Notes: generated by a model not told the origin, from the sequence alone. A DNA stretch of 64,000 bases from an uncultured Haloferula sp. (GCA_965652295.1 CBFGTS010000004.1:1-64000); one strand, 5' to 3'. Numbered from the stretch's first letter, positions 1-9,634 are shown. Numbers and translations: made by a program.

Positions 1-142
1 AACAACGCAGCCTGAATAAGAACAAAGGCTGTCCAACTTGGGAGGGGGCACTACATGCGACCGCGCCCTGCAATGTGTGGAAACGTTGGCCTTCTCCGTG
101 CTGATTGGAAAGGAGATCCGTAGCCTTAGCTCTTGGGCGAGG

Positions 143-319
143 AAAGTGGTGACGACCTACGGCTACGACCGCGGCCTGCTGGAAACCGTGACCTACACCA
201 ACGATCCCGCCAATACCCCGGGGGTGATCTACGACTACGATGTCTTCGGCCGGGTCCGCACGGTGACCCAGGGCAGCGGAAGCACGGTCAACGTCCACAC
301 CTACGCTTACAAAGACGAC
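143..319 (+). pseudogene. RHS/YD-repeat protein fragment
   Basis: Within ORF 38..442: VTTYGYDRGLLETVTY...VIYDYDVFGRVRTVTQ...HTYAY are YD-repeat units with GC-rich codons. The flanking sequence in this frame is not protein-like. Confidence 0.6.
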
Positions 320-324
320 AGAAG

Positions 325-765
325 GTGTTCTCTATTGAGCAGTTGCTTGATAGGGGCTGGCTTCCCGGGTTTGTCAAGGGGAGGAATCAGGATCTGTTAT
401 TGTTTGCAAGCCTTCGGAAAATGTATATCGGGGTTTCACTAGATGAAAATAATAAAAAGGGGTGTTTCTATGCGTTCCCCCCCCCGCTTCCTGGGGACTT
501 GAAAATTCACATCAATGAGGATGAGGTAAATGCTGGGAATATGACAGGGGTCACGGCGGTGGTCGCCGGTGAAGAGATTAGAGTTACTGGGGATAGGCGG
601 AGAGTCAATGAATCCAAGTCTGAAGTGAGGGTGGGAGTGGAGTTTGTTCTTCCGGATGATCCAAAAACATTAGTTGTGGAAGTCACAACGGGAGACGGTG
701 ATATTTTGTTTGAGCTTGAGATTGATCTGACGAATAAATCGGTTATTTCATTAAATGCGCCATAG
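325..765 (+). CDS. AT-rich orphan hypothetical protein (start uncertain: GTG 325 or ATG 421)
   Basis: 3' part of ORF 133..765 reads as a plausible beta-rich protein. It is visibly more AT-rich than the backbone, with no family recognised. Confidence 0.45.
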   Translation: MFSIEQLLDRGWLPGFVKGRNQDLLLFASLRKMYIGVSLDENNKKGCFYAFPPPLPGDLKIHINEDEVNAGNMTGVTAVVAGEEIRVTGDRRRVNESKSEVRVGVEFVLPDDPKTLVVEVTTGDGDILFELEIDLTNKSVISLNAP

Positions 766-772
766 TCTTCGC

Positions 773-951
773 GTGGTAAGCTCTCAACAGAGAGCTTCTC
801 GAAGCTTCGCGCGTGAAAGATGTCAGTATTGCCAGACAAATCACAAAAAACGCCAAGCAGTGGGAGTGGACTTCGCGGAGGAGTGAGGCACTGCTTCCGA
901 AGACAGGCTGGAAGCCTGCCGGACTCTCGCAAACCGGGAGGTTTGTGCCAC
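773..951. repeat. Cluster of REP-like short palindromes
   Basis: GTGGT-AAGCTCTC-aaca-GAGAGCTT (773-797); CAGGCT-gga-AGCCTG (904-918); CAAACC-ggga-GGTTTG-tg-CCAC (930-951), all between convergent genes. Confidence 0.5.
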
Positions 952-953
952 GG

Positions 954-3632
954 TCAGAGGAGGCTGCGGGCGTGCTGGAGGGTGTCGATTTCCTGGAGGG
1001 ATTTGTCGCGGCGGATGGCTTTGATGCGGGGGAAACGGAGGGCGAGGCCGGAGTCGTGGCGGGTGGAGGGGCGGATGGAGTCGAAGGCGATCTCCAGGAC
1101 GAGGTTGGGCTCGACGAGGTGTTTGCGGCGCTGCTTTTCGAGGGTGTGGCGCTGGAAGTGCTCGGTGAGCTCCTCGATTTCGGCATCGGTGACGCCGCTG
1201 TAGGCCTTGCCGATGACGCGTAGCGTGCCGTTGGTTTCATCGCGGACGGCGAAGGTGTAGTCGGAGAGCCATTCGGCGCGCTTGCCGTGGCCTTGCTCGG
1301 CGGCGATGACGACGCAGTCGAGGGTGGGCATGACGCCCTTGAGCTTGAGCCAGGCCTTGCCGCGGCGGCCGGGGGTGTAGGGAGAGGAGGGGTCTTTGGC
1401 GATGAGGCCCTCGTGGCGCTGGAGGAGCGCGGATTTGAAGGCGGTTTCGATCTGTTCGACGGATTCGGCGCGGGTGACCTCGATCGGGACAATGGAGGAT
1501 GAGGGATGGAGGATGGTGGATGAAAGAAGGGCTTCCAGGGCCTCGCGGCGGTGGGTGAGGGGGTGGTCGAGGAGAGGGCCTTGATTTCCGAGGAGGATGT
1601 CGAAGGCGATGAAGGCGACGGGCGGGAGGGAGGCGGAGGAGTTGGAGAAGAGGTCGGTCTGCGCGGTGGCGAGGCGGCCGAGGCGTTTCTGGAGGTCGTT
1701 GAAAGTGAGTCGGCGGCCTTCGGCGTGGGCGATGATTTCGCCATCCAGGATGAAATCGCCGGGGAGGCGGCGGGCGGCTTCGAGGAGTTCGGGAAACTGG
1801 GTATCGATGGGGTTGAGATCGCGCGAGAAGAGCGCGGCGCGGTCGCCCTGTTTGTGGAGCTGGGCGCGGATGCCGTCGAACTTCGGCTCGAGCCAGAGGC
1901 CGGCGCTACGGTGTCTGTCGTAGATGGCCTGCGCGTCGGGCTCGGGCGAGGCGAGCATGAGCTTGATGGGGACGAGGGGACGCAGCGAGGCATCGGTGAG
2001 GCGTTGGTCGCGGGCGAGGAGGGCGGTTTCCCCGAGGTCGCCGGTGAGCATGTGGGCGTGGCGGAGTTCGGAGGGATCGGCCGCGAAGGCGTCGGCGAGG
2101 GCTTCTTCGAGAAGGCCTTCTTTCAAGCCGATCCGGAGGTCGCCGGTGAGGATGCGGACGATGGATTCGGACTCGGCGGGATTGAGCCGGAGCAGGCGGT
2201 CGGCGAGCAGCTCGATCTTGGCGAGGGAGCCGGGCGCGGCGGCCAGGGAAAGGAAGAACTCGTGGAGGCCGGGGAGGTCGGCGGGCTCAGGGACGACGGG
2301 GATTTCCTGAAGGAAAAGGCGGGCGGTGCGGGCGGCGTCGTTCTGGCTGGCGGAAAGGTCGCGGTAGCGTTCCTCGCGGGCTTTCGGCAGGGAAAGCAGG
2401 GCGCGGCGGAGGGCGGCGGTGCCGGTGTGGAGAACGCCCTCGGTGCGGGGGAGGGCGCGACCGGAGAGCCAGTTGGCGGCGAGCGGGAGGCGGTCCGCCT
2501 CGAGGGCGGCGAGGTAGCGGGCGAGGTGCTCGATTTTTCCGAGACGGCTGTGGGTTTCGCCGACGAGGCGGAGGAGATCGGTGAAGTCGGCCAGCTCGCA
2601 GTTGGGGCGCTTGATGAAGGTGGACTTCTGCTGGGCGCGGGCGGTGGGAAGGGTGAGTTCGAGCTGGTCCTTGCCGGCGGCGGACCAGGCGTCGAGCCCG
2701 CGCTGGCGGAGTTCGGCGGCGAATTCGCAGGCGTAGCCATGGACGGTGAGGACGCGCTTCGGCTGGACGCGCTGGATGCATTCGAGCAGGCCGGGGTGGT
2801 CGGCGTGGTCGGAGAGCGGAATGGCTTCATCGACGCGGTAGCGATAGGCCGCTCCGGGGGTCATGGCCCAGCCGCTGAGCATGGCGGTGCGGGCGTTCTT
2901 GAGGCGACGGATGACGGTCGAGCGGACGGCGTTCGGCGGGGCGATGACGGCATGGCCGGGCGGGACGTCGTGTTCCAAAACGACAGGTTCGGGCAGGCAG
3001 GTGAGGCCGGACTCGCGGCAGGCGGCGGTCATTTCCGCGACCTTCGGGTGGAGGACGGTGGGAATGCCGTGCTCGTGGAGGAGGGCGAGGGCCTCCTGGG
3101 CCTTGCCGAGTGAGTAGCCGAGGAGGACGGGGATTTCTCCGCCGTCGAGGCAGCCGTGGACGAAACGCAGGACGGCGGCCTCGATCTCCATGGCGGAGGG
3201 GAAGACGAACCGCGGCAGGGCGAAGGTGGTTTCGAGAATGAGCGTGTCGGCGTGCTTGAAGACGACGGGCTCGGCGGTGCGGCCGTGGCGGACTTTGAAG
3301 TCGCCGGTGTAAAGGAGGCTCCTGCCATCGGCGAGGCGGGTGACGTGAAGCATGGCGGAGCCGCGGATGTGGCCGGCGGGGAGGAGCAGCAGGCGGTGAC
3401 CGGCGTGTTCGATGGGAGAGTGGAAGGCCACGGGCATCAGGCGCGACTCGGAGATGCGGTAGCGGGCCCGGAGAAGCGCGGCGGTGGTTTCCGAGCAGAG
3501 GCAGCAGTCGTGCCGCGCGAAGTGATCGGCGTGGGCGTGGGAAACGAAGGCAAATGGCTTCGGCCGATGCGGATCGAGCCACAGGTCGGGTTCGGGAAGA
3601 TGAAGGCCGTTCTGGCCGAGGACGGGAAGCAC
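954..3632 (-). CDS. Fused MBL-fold/beta-CASP nuclease + ATP-dependent DNA ligase
   Basis: N-terminal SHAHADH, AGHIRGS, YTGDF, ETTF, YSLGKAQ, LSDHAD, VHG. C-terminal ligase motifs EPKFDG (KxDG), LDGE, FDIL, EGLIAK, WLKLK, LRFPR..IRRDK. Start placed at GTG 3632 because the upstream ORF part overlaps the SDR gene. Confidence 0.92.
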   Translation of the reverse strand: MLPVLGQNGLHLPEPDLWLDPHRPKPFAFVSHAHADHFARHDCCLCSETTAALLRARYRISESRLMPVAFHSPIEHAGHRLLLLPAGHIRGSAMLHVTRLADGRSLLYTGDFKVRHGRTAEPVVFKHADTLILETTFALPRFVFPSAMEIEAAVLRFVHGCLDGGEIPVLLGYSLGKAQEALALLHEHGIPTVLHPKVAEMTAACRESGLTCLPEPVVLEHDVPPGHAVIAPPNAVRSTVIRRLKNARTAMLSGWAMTPGAAYRYRVDEAIPLSDHADHPGLLECIQRVQPKRVLTVHGYACEFAAELRQRGLDAWSAAGKDQLELTLPTARAQQKSTFIKRPNCELADFTDLLRLVGETHSRLGKIEHLARYLAALEADRLPLAANWLSGRALPRTEGVLHTGTAALRRALLSLPKAREERYRDLSASQNDAARTARLFLQEIPVVPEPADLPGLHEFFLSLAAAPGSLAKIELLADRLLRLNPAESESIVRILTGDLRIGLKEGLLEEALADAFAADPSELRHAHMLTGDLGETALLARDQRLTDASLRPLVPIKLMLASPEPDAQAIYDRHRSAGLWLEPKFDGIRAQLHKQGDRAALFSRDLNPIDTQFPELLEAARRLPGDFILDGEIIAHAEGRRLTFNDLQKRLGRLATAQTDLFSNSSASLPPVAFIAFDILLGNQGPLLDHPLTHRREALEALLSSTILHPSSSIVPIEVTRAESVEQIETAFKSALLQRHEGLIAKDPSSPYTPGRRGKAWLKLKGVMPTLDCVVIAAEQGHGKRAEWLSDYTFAVRDETNGTLRVIGKAYSGVTDAEIEELTEHFQRHTLEKQRRKHLVEPNLVLEIAFDSIRPSTRHDSGLALRFPRIKAIRRDKSLQEIDTLQHARSLL

Positions 3633-3670
3633 GTCGGATTTCCGATTAAAGATTGAAGACACCGGGACGG

Positions 3671-4348
3671 TCAGGGAGCGGTGAGGGGCTGGCCGTTGTG
3701 GGCGGGGGTGAGGGACAGGAGAAAGGGGATGGCGGTGGCGGCCCAGTCGGCGGGGCCGCGGTAAGCACCGGCGTCGTCGCCGAAGCAAGAGCGAAGCATT
3801 TCGGTATCGATGATGCCGGGATTCAGCGGAATGGCGGCGAGGCCGGGCGGGAGTTCCTGGGCGAGGGCCTGGGTGAGACCTTCGATGCCCCATTTCGTGC
3901 AGCAATAGGGTGCGACCTCGGGCGAGGTGGAGCGCCCCCAGCCGGAGGAGAGGTTGACGACGATGCCGAAGCCGCGGTCGATCATGGCGGGGAGGAAGGC
4001 ACGGAGGATATGATGGACGCCCTTGAGGTTGACGTCGATGAGGCGGGAAAAGCCGGCCTCGGAGATTTTCCACAGCGGGGCGCTCGGGTTGATGAGGGCG
4101 GCGTTGTTGATGAGGAGGTCGGGCGGGCCATGGCGCTCGAGCACGGCGGCGGCGAAGCGGGCGACGCTTGCGGGATCGGCGACGTCGCAGTGGTTCACGA
4201 GGTGAGGCTGGCCGAGTTCGGAGTGGAGGGAGGCAAGGGCACCGGCGGTCGTACCGCAGGCGGAAACGGTGAGGCCCTTTTTCGCGAAGCCGAGGGCGAG
4301 CGCGCGGCCGAGGCCGCGGGTGGCACCGGTGATGAGGACGTGCTGCAT
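3671..4348 (-). CDS. SDR family NAD(P)-dependent oxidoreductase
   Basis: TGATRGLG, NNAA, NLSS and YCCTK (YxxxK) motifs. Confidence 0.92.
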   Translation of the reverse strand: MQHVLITGATRGLGRALALGFAKKGLTVSACGTTAGALASLHSELGQPHLVNHCDVADPASVARFAAAVLERHGPPDLLINNAALINPSAPLWKISEAGFSRLIDVNLKGVHHILRAFLPAMIDRGFGIVVNLSSGWGRSTSPEVAPYCCTKWGIEGLTQALAQELPPGLAAIPLNPGIIDTEMLRSCFGDDAGAYRGPADWAATAIPFLLSLTPAHNGQPLTAP

Positions 4349-4405
4349 GGGATCATCATGACGCAGGAGCTGGAAAACGGGAGGGATTTTCCACGCGGGT
4401 GCCGG

Positions 4406-4433
4406 TTGCACGATGGTGCGGCATCACTATGGT
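4406..4433 (+). promoter_or_regulatory. Putative sigma70 promoter giving a leaderless transcript
   Basis: TTGCAC-16 nt-TATGGT, then 7 nt to ATG 4441; no Shine-Dalgarno. Confidence 0.55.
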
Positions 4434-4440
4434 CCGGGGC

Positions 4441-5196
4441 ATGAACTTTTTTGAGACTCTCGGCCAATACGTGACCCCTCATTCGGGCGGCGGCATGAGC
4501 TCCGGCTCAGGCTTGGCCTTGTTTCTGATGCTCGGCGCGATGGTCGCCAGCATGGTAATCAGCGGAAAGCTCCAGTCGCGGTTCCGCAAGTACTCGCAAA
4601 TCGTGATCGGCATGACCGGCGCGCAAATCGCCGAGCGGATGCTGCGCGAGAACGGAATCCACGACGTGCGGGTGGTGAGCGTGCCGGGCATGCTCACCGA
4701 CCACTACGATCCTCTGAAAAAGACGGTGAATCTGAGCGAGGGCGTCTTTCACATGAACACCGTGTCGGCGGCGGCAGTGGCGGCGCACGAATGCGGCCAT
4801 GCGGTGCAGCACAAGGTGGGCTACGCGTGGCTGACCTTCCGCTCGATGATGGTCCCGGCGGTGCAGGTGGCGAGCAAGCTGATGAACATGCTGTTGATCC
4901 TGCTGTTCGTCGGCGGACTGCTGATGATGGCGAAGCTGCCGATCCTGATCTACGTCTTCCTCGGCGCGATGGGGCTGACGACCTTGTTCGCGGTGGTCAC
5001 GCTGCCGGTGGAGTTCGATGCGAGCCGCCGGGCGCTGGCTTGGCTGGACACCAGCGGCACGGTGCGCGGGATGGACCACGGGATGGCGAAAAACGCGTTG
5101 TTCTGGGCGGCGATGACCTACGTGGCAGGGGCTGTGGCGGCGATCGCCCAGCTGGCGTATTTCGCGATGATGTTCCTCGGCGGGAGGAGGGATTGA
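4441..5196 (+). CDS. Membrane zinc metallopeptidase (YugP / Zn_peptidase_2 family)
   Basis: LTDHYDP, AAHECGHAVQ (HExxH), TLPVEFDASRRA, AAMTYVA; TM helices. Confidence 0.92.
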   Translation: MNFFETLGQYVTPHSGGGMSSGSGLALFLMLGAMVASMVISGKLQSRFRKYSQIVIGMTGAQIAERMLRENGIHDVRVVSVPGMLTDHYDPLKKTVNLSEGVFHMNTVSAAAVAAHECGHAVQHKVGYAWLTFRSMMVPAVQVASKLMNMLLILLFVGGLLMMAKLPILIYVFLGAMGLTTLFAVVTLPVEFDASRRALAWLDTSGTVRGMDHGMAKNALFWAAMTYVAGAVAAIAQLAYFAMMFLGGRRD

Positions 5197-5266
5197 GGAC
5201 GCGTTTTTAATGACCGGCGGGCGGGCTTGAAAGGGTGAGCCCGCTACGCTTTCCTCCGCGCCGCGC

Positions 5267-7267
5267 ATGGCAGGAGGATTTTCGTTCGATTCGCTCAACC
5301 GGGCCCAGCGGGAGGCCGTGGGGACTCTTGATGGGCCGGTTCTGATTCTGGCGGGGGCGGGGACGGGGAAAACCCGCACCGTGACCTGCCGGATCTCGAA
5401 CATGCTGGAGTCGGGAATTTCCCCCGAGCACGTGCTGGCGGTGACCTTCACCAACAAGGCCGCGGCGGAAATGCGCGAGCGGATCGGCGGAATGGTCGGG
5501 AAGAAGAAGGCGGAGGCGATGACCGTCTGCACCTTCCACTCGCTGTGTGTGCGGCTGCTGCGGGGAGGGATCGACCGCCTCGGCTATAAGAAGAATTTCT
5601 CGATCTGCACGCAGAGCGATCAGGTGGGCGTGATGAAGCAGCTGCTGGTGCGGAAAGGCGGCAAGGAGGAGAAAATCAAGGCCGAGGAGGTGTTGGCGGC
5701 GGTGTCGAAGGCGAAGAACGCCGGCATCCCGCTGGAGCGGATGAAGGACGACTACTTTTCGCAGCTCGCGGTGGCCTACGACAACGAGCTGCGGGCGCGC
5801 AATGCGGTGGATTTCGACGACCTGCTGCTACTCGCGGAGAAGCTGCTGCGTGAGCACCCGGACGTGCGGGACCACTTCCGGCAGGTTTACAAGCGGGTGA
5901 CGGTGGACGAGTTCCAGGACACCAACGGACTCCAGATGCAGCTGCTCCAGCAGCTCGTGGGAAAGCCGTATCACGTCTGCGTGGTGGGGGACGACGACCA
6001 GTCGATCTACGGCTGGCGCGGTGCCGAGTCGGCCAACATCCTTGAGTTCGAGCGCTTTTTCCCGAACCCGACGGTGATCCGGCTGGAGGAGAACTACCGC
6101 TCGACCGAGGCCATTCTTCACACCGCGAACAGCCTGATCCGCCACAATGCGGGTCGGCGGGAAAAGATGCTGAGACCGACGCTGGCGGGCGGCGAGCCGG
6201 TGCGGCTGGTCGGGATGCCCGGCGACGAGGAGGAGGCGGAATTCATCGCCGAGGAAATCCTGGCTTTGAAGGCGACGGAGAAGCGGCCGTGGGAGGACTT
6301 TGCGATTCTTTTCCGCACGAACATGCAGAGCCGGAAGTTGGAGGAGGCGCTGCGCAAGTCACAGGTGCCTTACCGGATGGTCGGTGCCCAGAGCTTCTAC
6401 GACAAACGGGAGATCAAGGACGTGCTGGCCTACCTGGAGATCCTCGATGACCCGAGGGCGGACGTGCCGCTGCTGCGGATCCTCAACTCGCCACCGCGGG
6501 GGATCGGGCAGGCGACCACGGTGATGGCGACGGACTTCAGCCGCGAGCGGCACTTCAGCGTGTGGGAGGCGATGTGCGACCCGGAGTTCACCGACCACCT
6601 CTCGACCAAGGCGCGGAACGCGATCGCTGAGTTCGTGGCGCAGGTAATGACCGCCAAGGCGGTGATCGACGGCAAGGCGGAACCGGCGAACAAGGTGTTG
6701 AACGACTTCCTCGAAACGTGTGGCTATCGCGACTGGCTGGAACGCGGGTGCAAGAACGAGAAGGAAGCGAGCCAGCGGATGGAGAGCATCCACGAGCTTC
6801 TGCAGGAGGTGTCGAAATACGTGCAGCGGGGGAAGAGCATCCGGAAGTTCCTCGATGACAGCGCGCTGGCCTCGGATCGCGAGGATGACGATCTGGAGAA
6901 AAAGTCCGGTGCCACGTTGATCACGCTCCACGCGTCGAAAGGGCTGGAGTTTCCCGTGGTGTATCTGATCGGGCTGGAGGAAGGCGTGCTGCCGCACCGA
7001 CGGAGCATTGAGGAGGGGACCAAGGACGAGGAGCGGCGCTTGCTCTACGTGGGCATCACGCGGGCCCAGAAGAAGCTGTCGATGACCTACTGTCAGACTC
7101 GTACCAAATGGGGTCAACAGGTCGGCTGCACACCGAGCACCTTCATTCAGGAAATCGACGACAAGCACCTGATCCACACGACCTGGGACGACATCATGGG
7201 CGCGGAGGTCGATGAAGAGGAACTCGACGACTTCTTCGGAGAGATGGAAGAGTTCTTGAAGGGGTAA
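5267..7267 (+). CDS. SF1 ATP-dependent DNA helicase (UvrD/Rep/PcrA family)
   Basis: AGAGTGKT, TFTNKAA, DEFQD, GDDDQSIYGWRGA, LEENYRS, TLHASKGLEF, EERRLLYVGITRA. Confidence 0.96.
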   Translation: MAGGFSFDSLNRAQREAVGTLDGPVLILAGAGTGKTRTVTCRISNMLESGISPEHVLAVTFTNKAAAEMRERIGGMVGKKKAEAMTVCTFHSLCVRLLRGGIDRLGYKKNFSICTQSDQVGVMKQLLVRKGGKEEKIKAEEVLAAVSKAKNAGIPLERMKDDYFSQLAVAYDNELRARNAVDFDDLLLLAEKLLREHPDVRDHFRQVYKRVTVDEFQDTNGLQMQLLQQLVGKPYHVCVVGDDDQSIYGWRGAESANILEFERFFPNPTVIRLEENYRSTEAILHTANSLIRHNAGRREKMLRPTLAGGEPVRLVGMPGDEEEAEFIAEEILALKATEKRPWEDFAILFRTNMQSRKLEEALRKSQVPYRMVGAQSFYDKREIKDVLAYLEILDDPRADVPLLRILNSPPRGIGQATTVMATDFSRERHFSVWEAMCDPEFTDHLSTKARNAIAEFVAQVMTAKAVIDGKAEPANKVLNDFLETCGYRDWLERGCKNEKEASQRMESIHELLQEVSKYVQRGKSIRKFLDDSALASDREDDDLEKKSGATLITLHASKGLEFPVVYLIGLEEGVLPHRRSIEEGTKDEERRLLYVGITRAQKKLSMTYCQTRTKWGQQVGCTPSTFIQEIDDKHLIHTTWDDIMGAEVDEEELDDFFGEMEEFLKG

Positions 7268-7274
7268 GGAGGAT

Positions 7275-7298
7275 TGGAACGCGAGCTTTCAGCTCGCA
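7275..7298. repeat. REP-like palindrome
   Basis: TGGAAC-GCGAGCT-ttc-AGCTCGC just after the helicase stop; no U-tract. Confidence 0.45.
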
Positions 7299-7329
7299 GC
7301 GAGGAGTGAAGCCAGTGTGCCAATTATGC

Positions 7330-7359
7330 TTGCGATTCTTTCTGGTCAGACTAGTCTGA
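7330..7359 (+). promoter_or_regulatory. TA operon promoter with palindromic operator
   Basis: TTGCGA-16 nt-TAGTCT, 6 nt before ATG 7364. Perfect 14-bp palindrome TCAGACTAGTCTGA (7346-7359) covers the -10. Confidence 0.7.
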
Positions 7360-7363
7360 TCTC

Positions 7364-7654
7364 ATGAAAAGAATCGGCCTATATGAAGCCAAGACCAGCC
7401 TTTCCGCGCTGGTTGCCGAGGTGGAGACGTCGGGCAAGCCGATCGCTTTGACGAAGCATGGAAGGGTGGTGGCCGAGTTGGTGCCCCCGTCCGTTTCCGC
7501 GCCGAAGGCCGGCATGCTGAAGTCGGCGGATTTCATGATCGCAGAGGACTTCGATGAGGCGGACGTGGGCTTCGAGGAGCTTTACAGCGAGGCCGATGCG
7601 CTGCCACCGCGTCTGGTGAAAGTGGCGGAAGATCCTGCGAAATACCGTGCTTGA
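7364..7654 (+). CDS. Phd/YefM family antitoxin
   Basis: IGLYEAKTSLSALVAEVE..G.PIALTKHGRVVAELVP is a typical Phd N-terminus; acidic tail; directly upstream of a PIN gene. Confidence 0.9.
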   Translation: MKRIGLYEAKTSLSALVAEVETSGKPIALTKHGRVVAELVPPSVSAPKAGMLKSADFMIAEDFDEADVGFEELYSEADALPPRLVKVAEDPAKYRA

Positions 7655-7660
7655 GAGGCA

Positions 7661-8050
7661 ATGGATCACCTTCTCGACACCCACGTCCTGATCTATTTTC
7701 TGGAGGACCATCCGCGGCTGCCGCGGCGGCTGGTGAACTGGATCGAGGATCCGTGGTTTCGCTCCTGTGTTTCGATGGCGAGCCTGTGGGAAATCTCGAT
7801 CAAAGCGGGCTTGGGCAAGCTGCGGGTGAGCTACGCCGACCGACCCGATCTGGTGGAGTTGCTGGAGAAATCCGGCTTCGAGGTACTGCCCATTGGCTGG
7901 CAGGCGATCCGGCGGGCGGGCATGCTGCCGCTCCACCATCGGGACCCGTTCGACCGGTTGATCGTGGCGGAAGCCCAGCTGCGAGGGCTTCCAGTGTTGT
8001 CGTTCGACGCAAAACTCGACCTATACGGGATCGAGCGCGTCGAACGTTGA
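7661..8050 (+). CDS. vapC: VapC/PIN domain toxin
   Basis: LLDTHVLI, SMASLWEISIK, HRDPFDRLIVA, LSFD. Confidence 0.92.
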   Translation: MDHLLDTHVLIYFLEDHPRLPRRLVNWIEDPWFRSCVSMASLWEISIKAGLGKLRVSYADRPDLVELLEKSGFEVLPIGWQAIRRAGMLPLHHRDPFDRLIVAEAQLRGLPVLSFDAKLDLYGIERVER

Positions 8051-8056
8051 CGCCGG

Positions 8057-9172
8057 TCAGACGTTGAAGCGGAACTCGATGACGTCGCCATCCTTGACGA
8101 CGTATTCCTTGCCCTCGATGCGGAGCTTTCCGGCATCGCGTGCGGCGGCTTTGGAGCCGAGCGAGACGAGGTCGTCGTAGTGAACCACCTCGGCGGCGAT
8201 GAAGCCGCGCTCGAAATCGGTGTGGATGACGCCGGCGGCGGCCGGGGCCTTGTCGCCCTCGTAGATCGTCCACGCACGGGTTTCCTGCACGCCGGTGGTG
8301 AGGTAGGTGCGCAGGCCGAGCAGGTGATAGACGGCGCGGATCAGGGTGGAAACGCCCGAGTCCTCAACGCCCATGTCGGCGAGGAATTCGGCGGCTTCCG
8401 AGGGTTCGAGATCGACGAGTTCTTCCTCGATGTTGGCGGAGATGACGACGGCTTCCGCACCGTGGGCCTCGGCGGCGTAGGCGCGGACCTTGGCGACGAG
8501 CGGGTGGTTGTCGGGATTCTTCTGTGCGTCGGCGAGGTCGCTCTCGTTCACGTTGCAGGCGTAAATGGTGCGCTTGGAGGAGAGCAGGAAGAAGTCCTTG
8601 AGGAGCTTCAGTTCCTTGTCGTCGAGATCAAGGGTCAGGGCCGGCTTGCCCTCGTTGAGGTGGGGCAGGAGTTTGTCGATGAGTTCGACCTCGTCCTTGG
8701 ATTCCTTGTCGCCGGACTTAGCCTTCTTTTCGCGGGACTGGCGGCGTTTATCGAGCGCTGCGATGTCGGCGAGGATCAGCTCGGCATTGATGATTTCGAT
8801 GTCGCGGACCGGATCGACCGAGCCGAGTTCGTGGATGATGTCGTCGTTTTCGAAGCAGCGGACGACCTGCACGATGGCGTCGGTTTCCCGGATGTTGGCG
8901 AGGAACTTGTTGCCGAGCCCGGCACCTTCGGAGGCACCTTCGACGAGGCCGGCGATGTCGACGAACTCGATCGCGGTGGGGACGAGTTTCTTTGATCCCG
9001 AGATCTTCGAGAGCACCGCGAGGCGGTCATCGGGCACCGTGACGACTCCCACATTGGGGTCGATGGTGCAAAAGGGATAGTTGGCGGCTTCCGCGTTGCG
9101 GGTGCGCGTGACCGCGTTGAACAGGGTGGATTTCCCCACGTTGGGCATTCCGACGATTCCGGCCTTCAGCAT
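8057..9172 (-). CDS. ychF: Ribosome-binding ATPase YchF
   Basis: GIVGMPNVGKSTLFNA, ANYPFCTIDPN, DIAGLV, AAGVIHTDFERGFI, EGKEYVVKDGDVIEFRFNV. Confidence 0.97.
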   Translation of the reverse strand: MLKAGIVGMPNVGKSTLFNAVTRTRNAEAANYPFCTIDPNVGVVTVPDDRLAVLSKISGSKKLVPTAIEFVDIAGLVEGASEGAGLGNKFLANIRETDAIVQVVRCFENDDIIHELGSVDPVRDIEIINAELILADIAALDKRRQSREKKAKSGDKESKDEVELIDKLLPHLNEGKPALTLDLDDKELKLLKDFFLLSSKRTIYACNVNESDLADAQKNPDNHPLVAKVRAYAAEAHGAEAVVISANIEEELVDLEPSEAAEFLADMGVEDSGVSTLIRAVYHLLGLRTYLTTGVQETRAWTIYEGDKAPAAAGVIHTDFERGFIAAEVVHYDDLVSLGSKAAARDAGKLRIEGKEYVVKDGDVIEFRFNV

Positions 9173-9253
9173 AGCGCGGGAGGCTTAGGGGAGCGCCGCA
9201 GCAGGAGCGAGAAAAAACCCGCTCTCTTGAAATCGTGGCGTCGGAAGGGAGCC

Positions 9254-9634
9254 TCAGGGTGCCTTGGGTGGAAGCAGGCCGCCGTCAAAGGTGCTTTCGT
9301 CCAGCTCGGGCAGGGTGGGTTCCTCGAAGTCCGACGGGCCGGAGAAGAATCCCCAGAAGCCGCTGCGGCGGTTGTTCTGGGCGCGCTGATAGGCAATTGC
9401 CTTCTCGTGGCCGGACTCGACTTTTTTAAAATCGTCCGGACGGGCCTCGACGACCGGGATGGCCGGCTTGAAGGGTGAGGTGGCGACGGCGGCGACCTTG
9501 CTCAAGCCGGAGTCGAGGGACTGTCCAAGCTTATCGACGCCGCTGCTGGTGGCGGACGAGATCGATTTCATCGTTCCGCAGGAGGAAAGCACGGCGGCGA
9601 GAGCCAGGGGGAGAGCCAAGGAGGAGAGACGCAT
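9254..9634 (-). CDS. Hypothetical lipoprotein
   Basis: MRLSSLALPLALAAVLSSC signal peptide with lipobox; codon usage like the backbone. Confidence 0.7.
   Translation of the reverse strand: MRLSSLALPLALAAVLSSCGTMKSISSATSSGVDKLGQSLDSGLSKVAAVATSPFKPAIPVVEARPDDFKKVESGHEKAIAYQRAQNNRRSGFWGFFSGPSDFEEPTLPELDESTFDGGLLPPKAP

Noticed and set aside
743..3113. Long alternative-frame and antisense ORFs (e.g. 743..1993, 1551..3113; likewise 12979..14514, 19429..20697, 36604..38607, 45412..47169, 54905..56872)
   Set aside because: Shadow ORFs typical of high-GC coding DNA; low-complexity translations overlapping well-supported genes.
3633..4073. 147-aa N-terminal extension of the ligase ORF (1039 aa)
   Set aside because: Arg/Pro-rich out-of-frame read of the SDR gene; the nuclease domain begins at GTG 3632.
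5267..8050. UvrD helicase + PIN genes as an anti-phage defence system
   Set aside because: The helicase is a canonical housekeeping UvrD/Rep type and the TA pair has its own promoter and operator.
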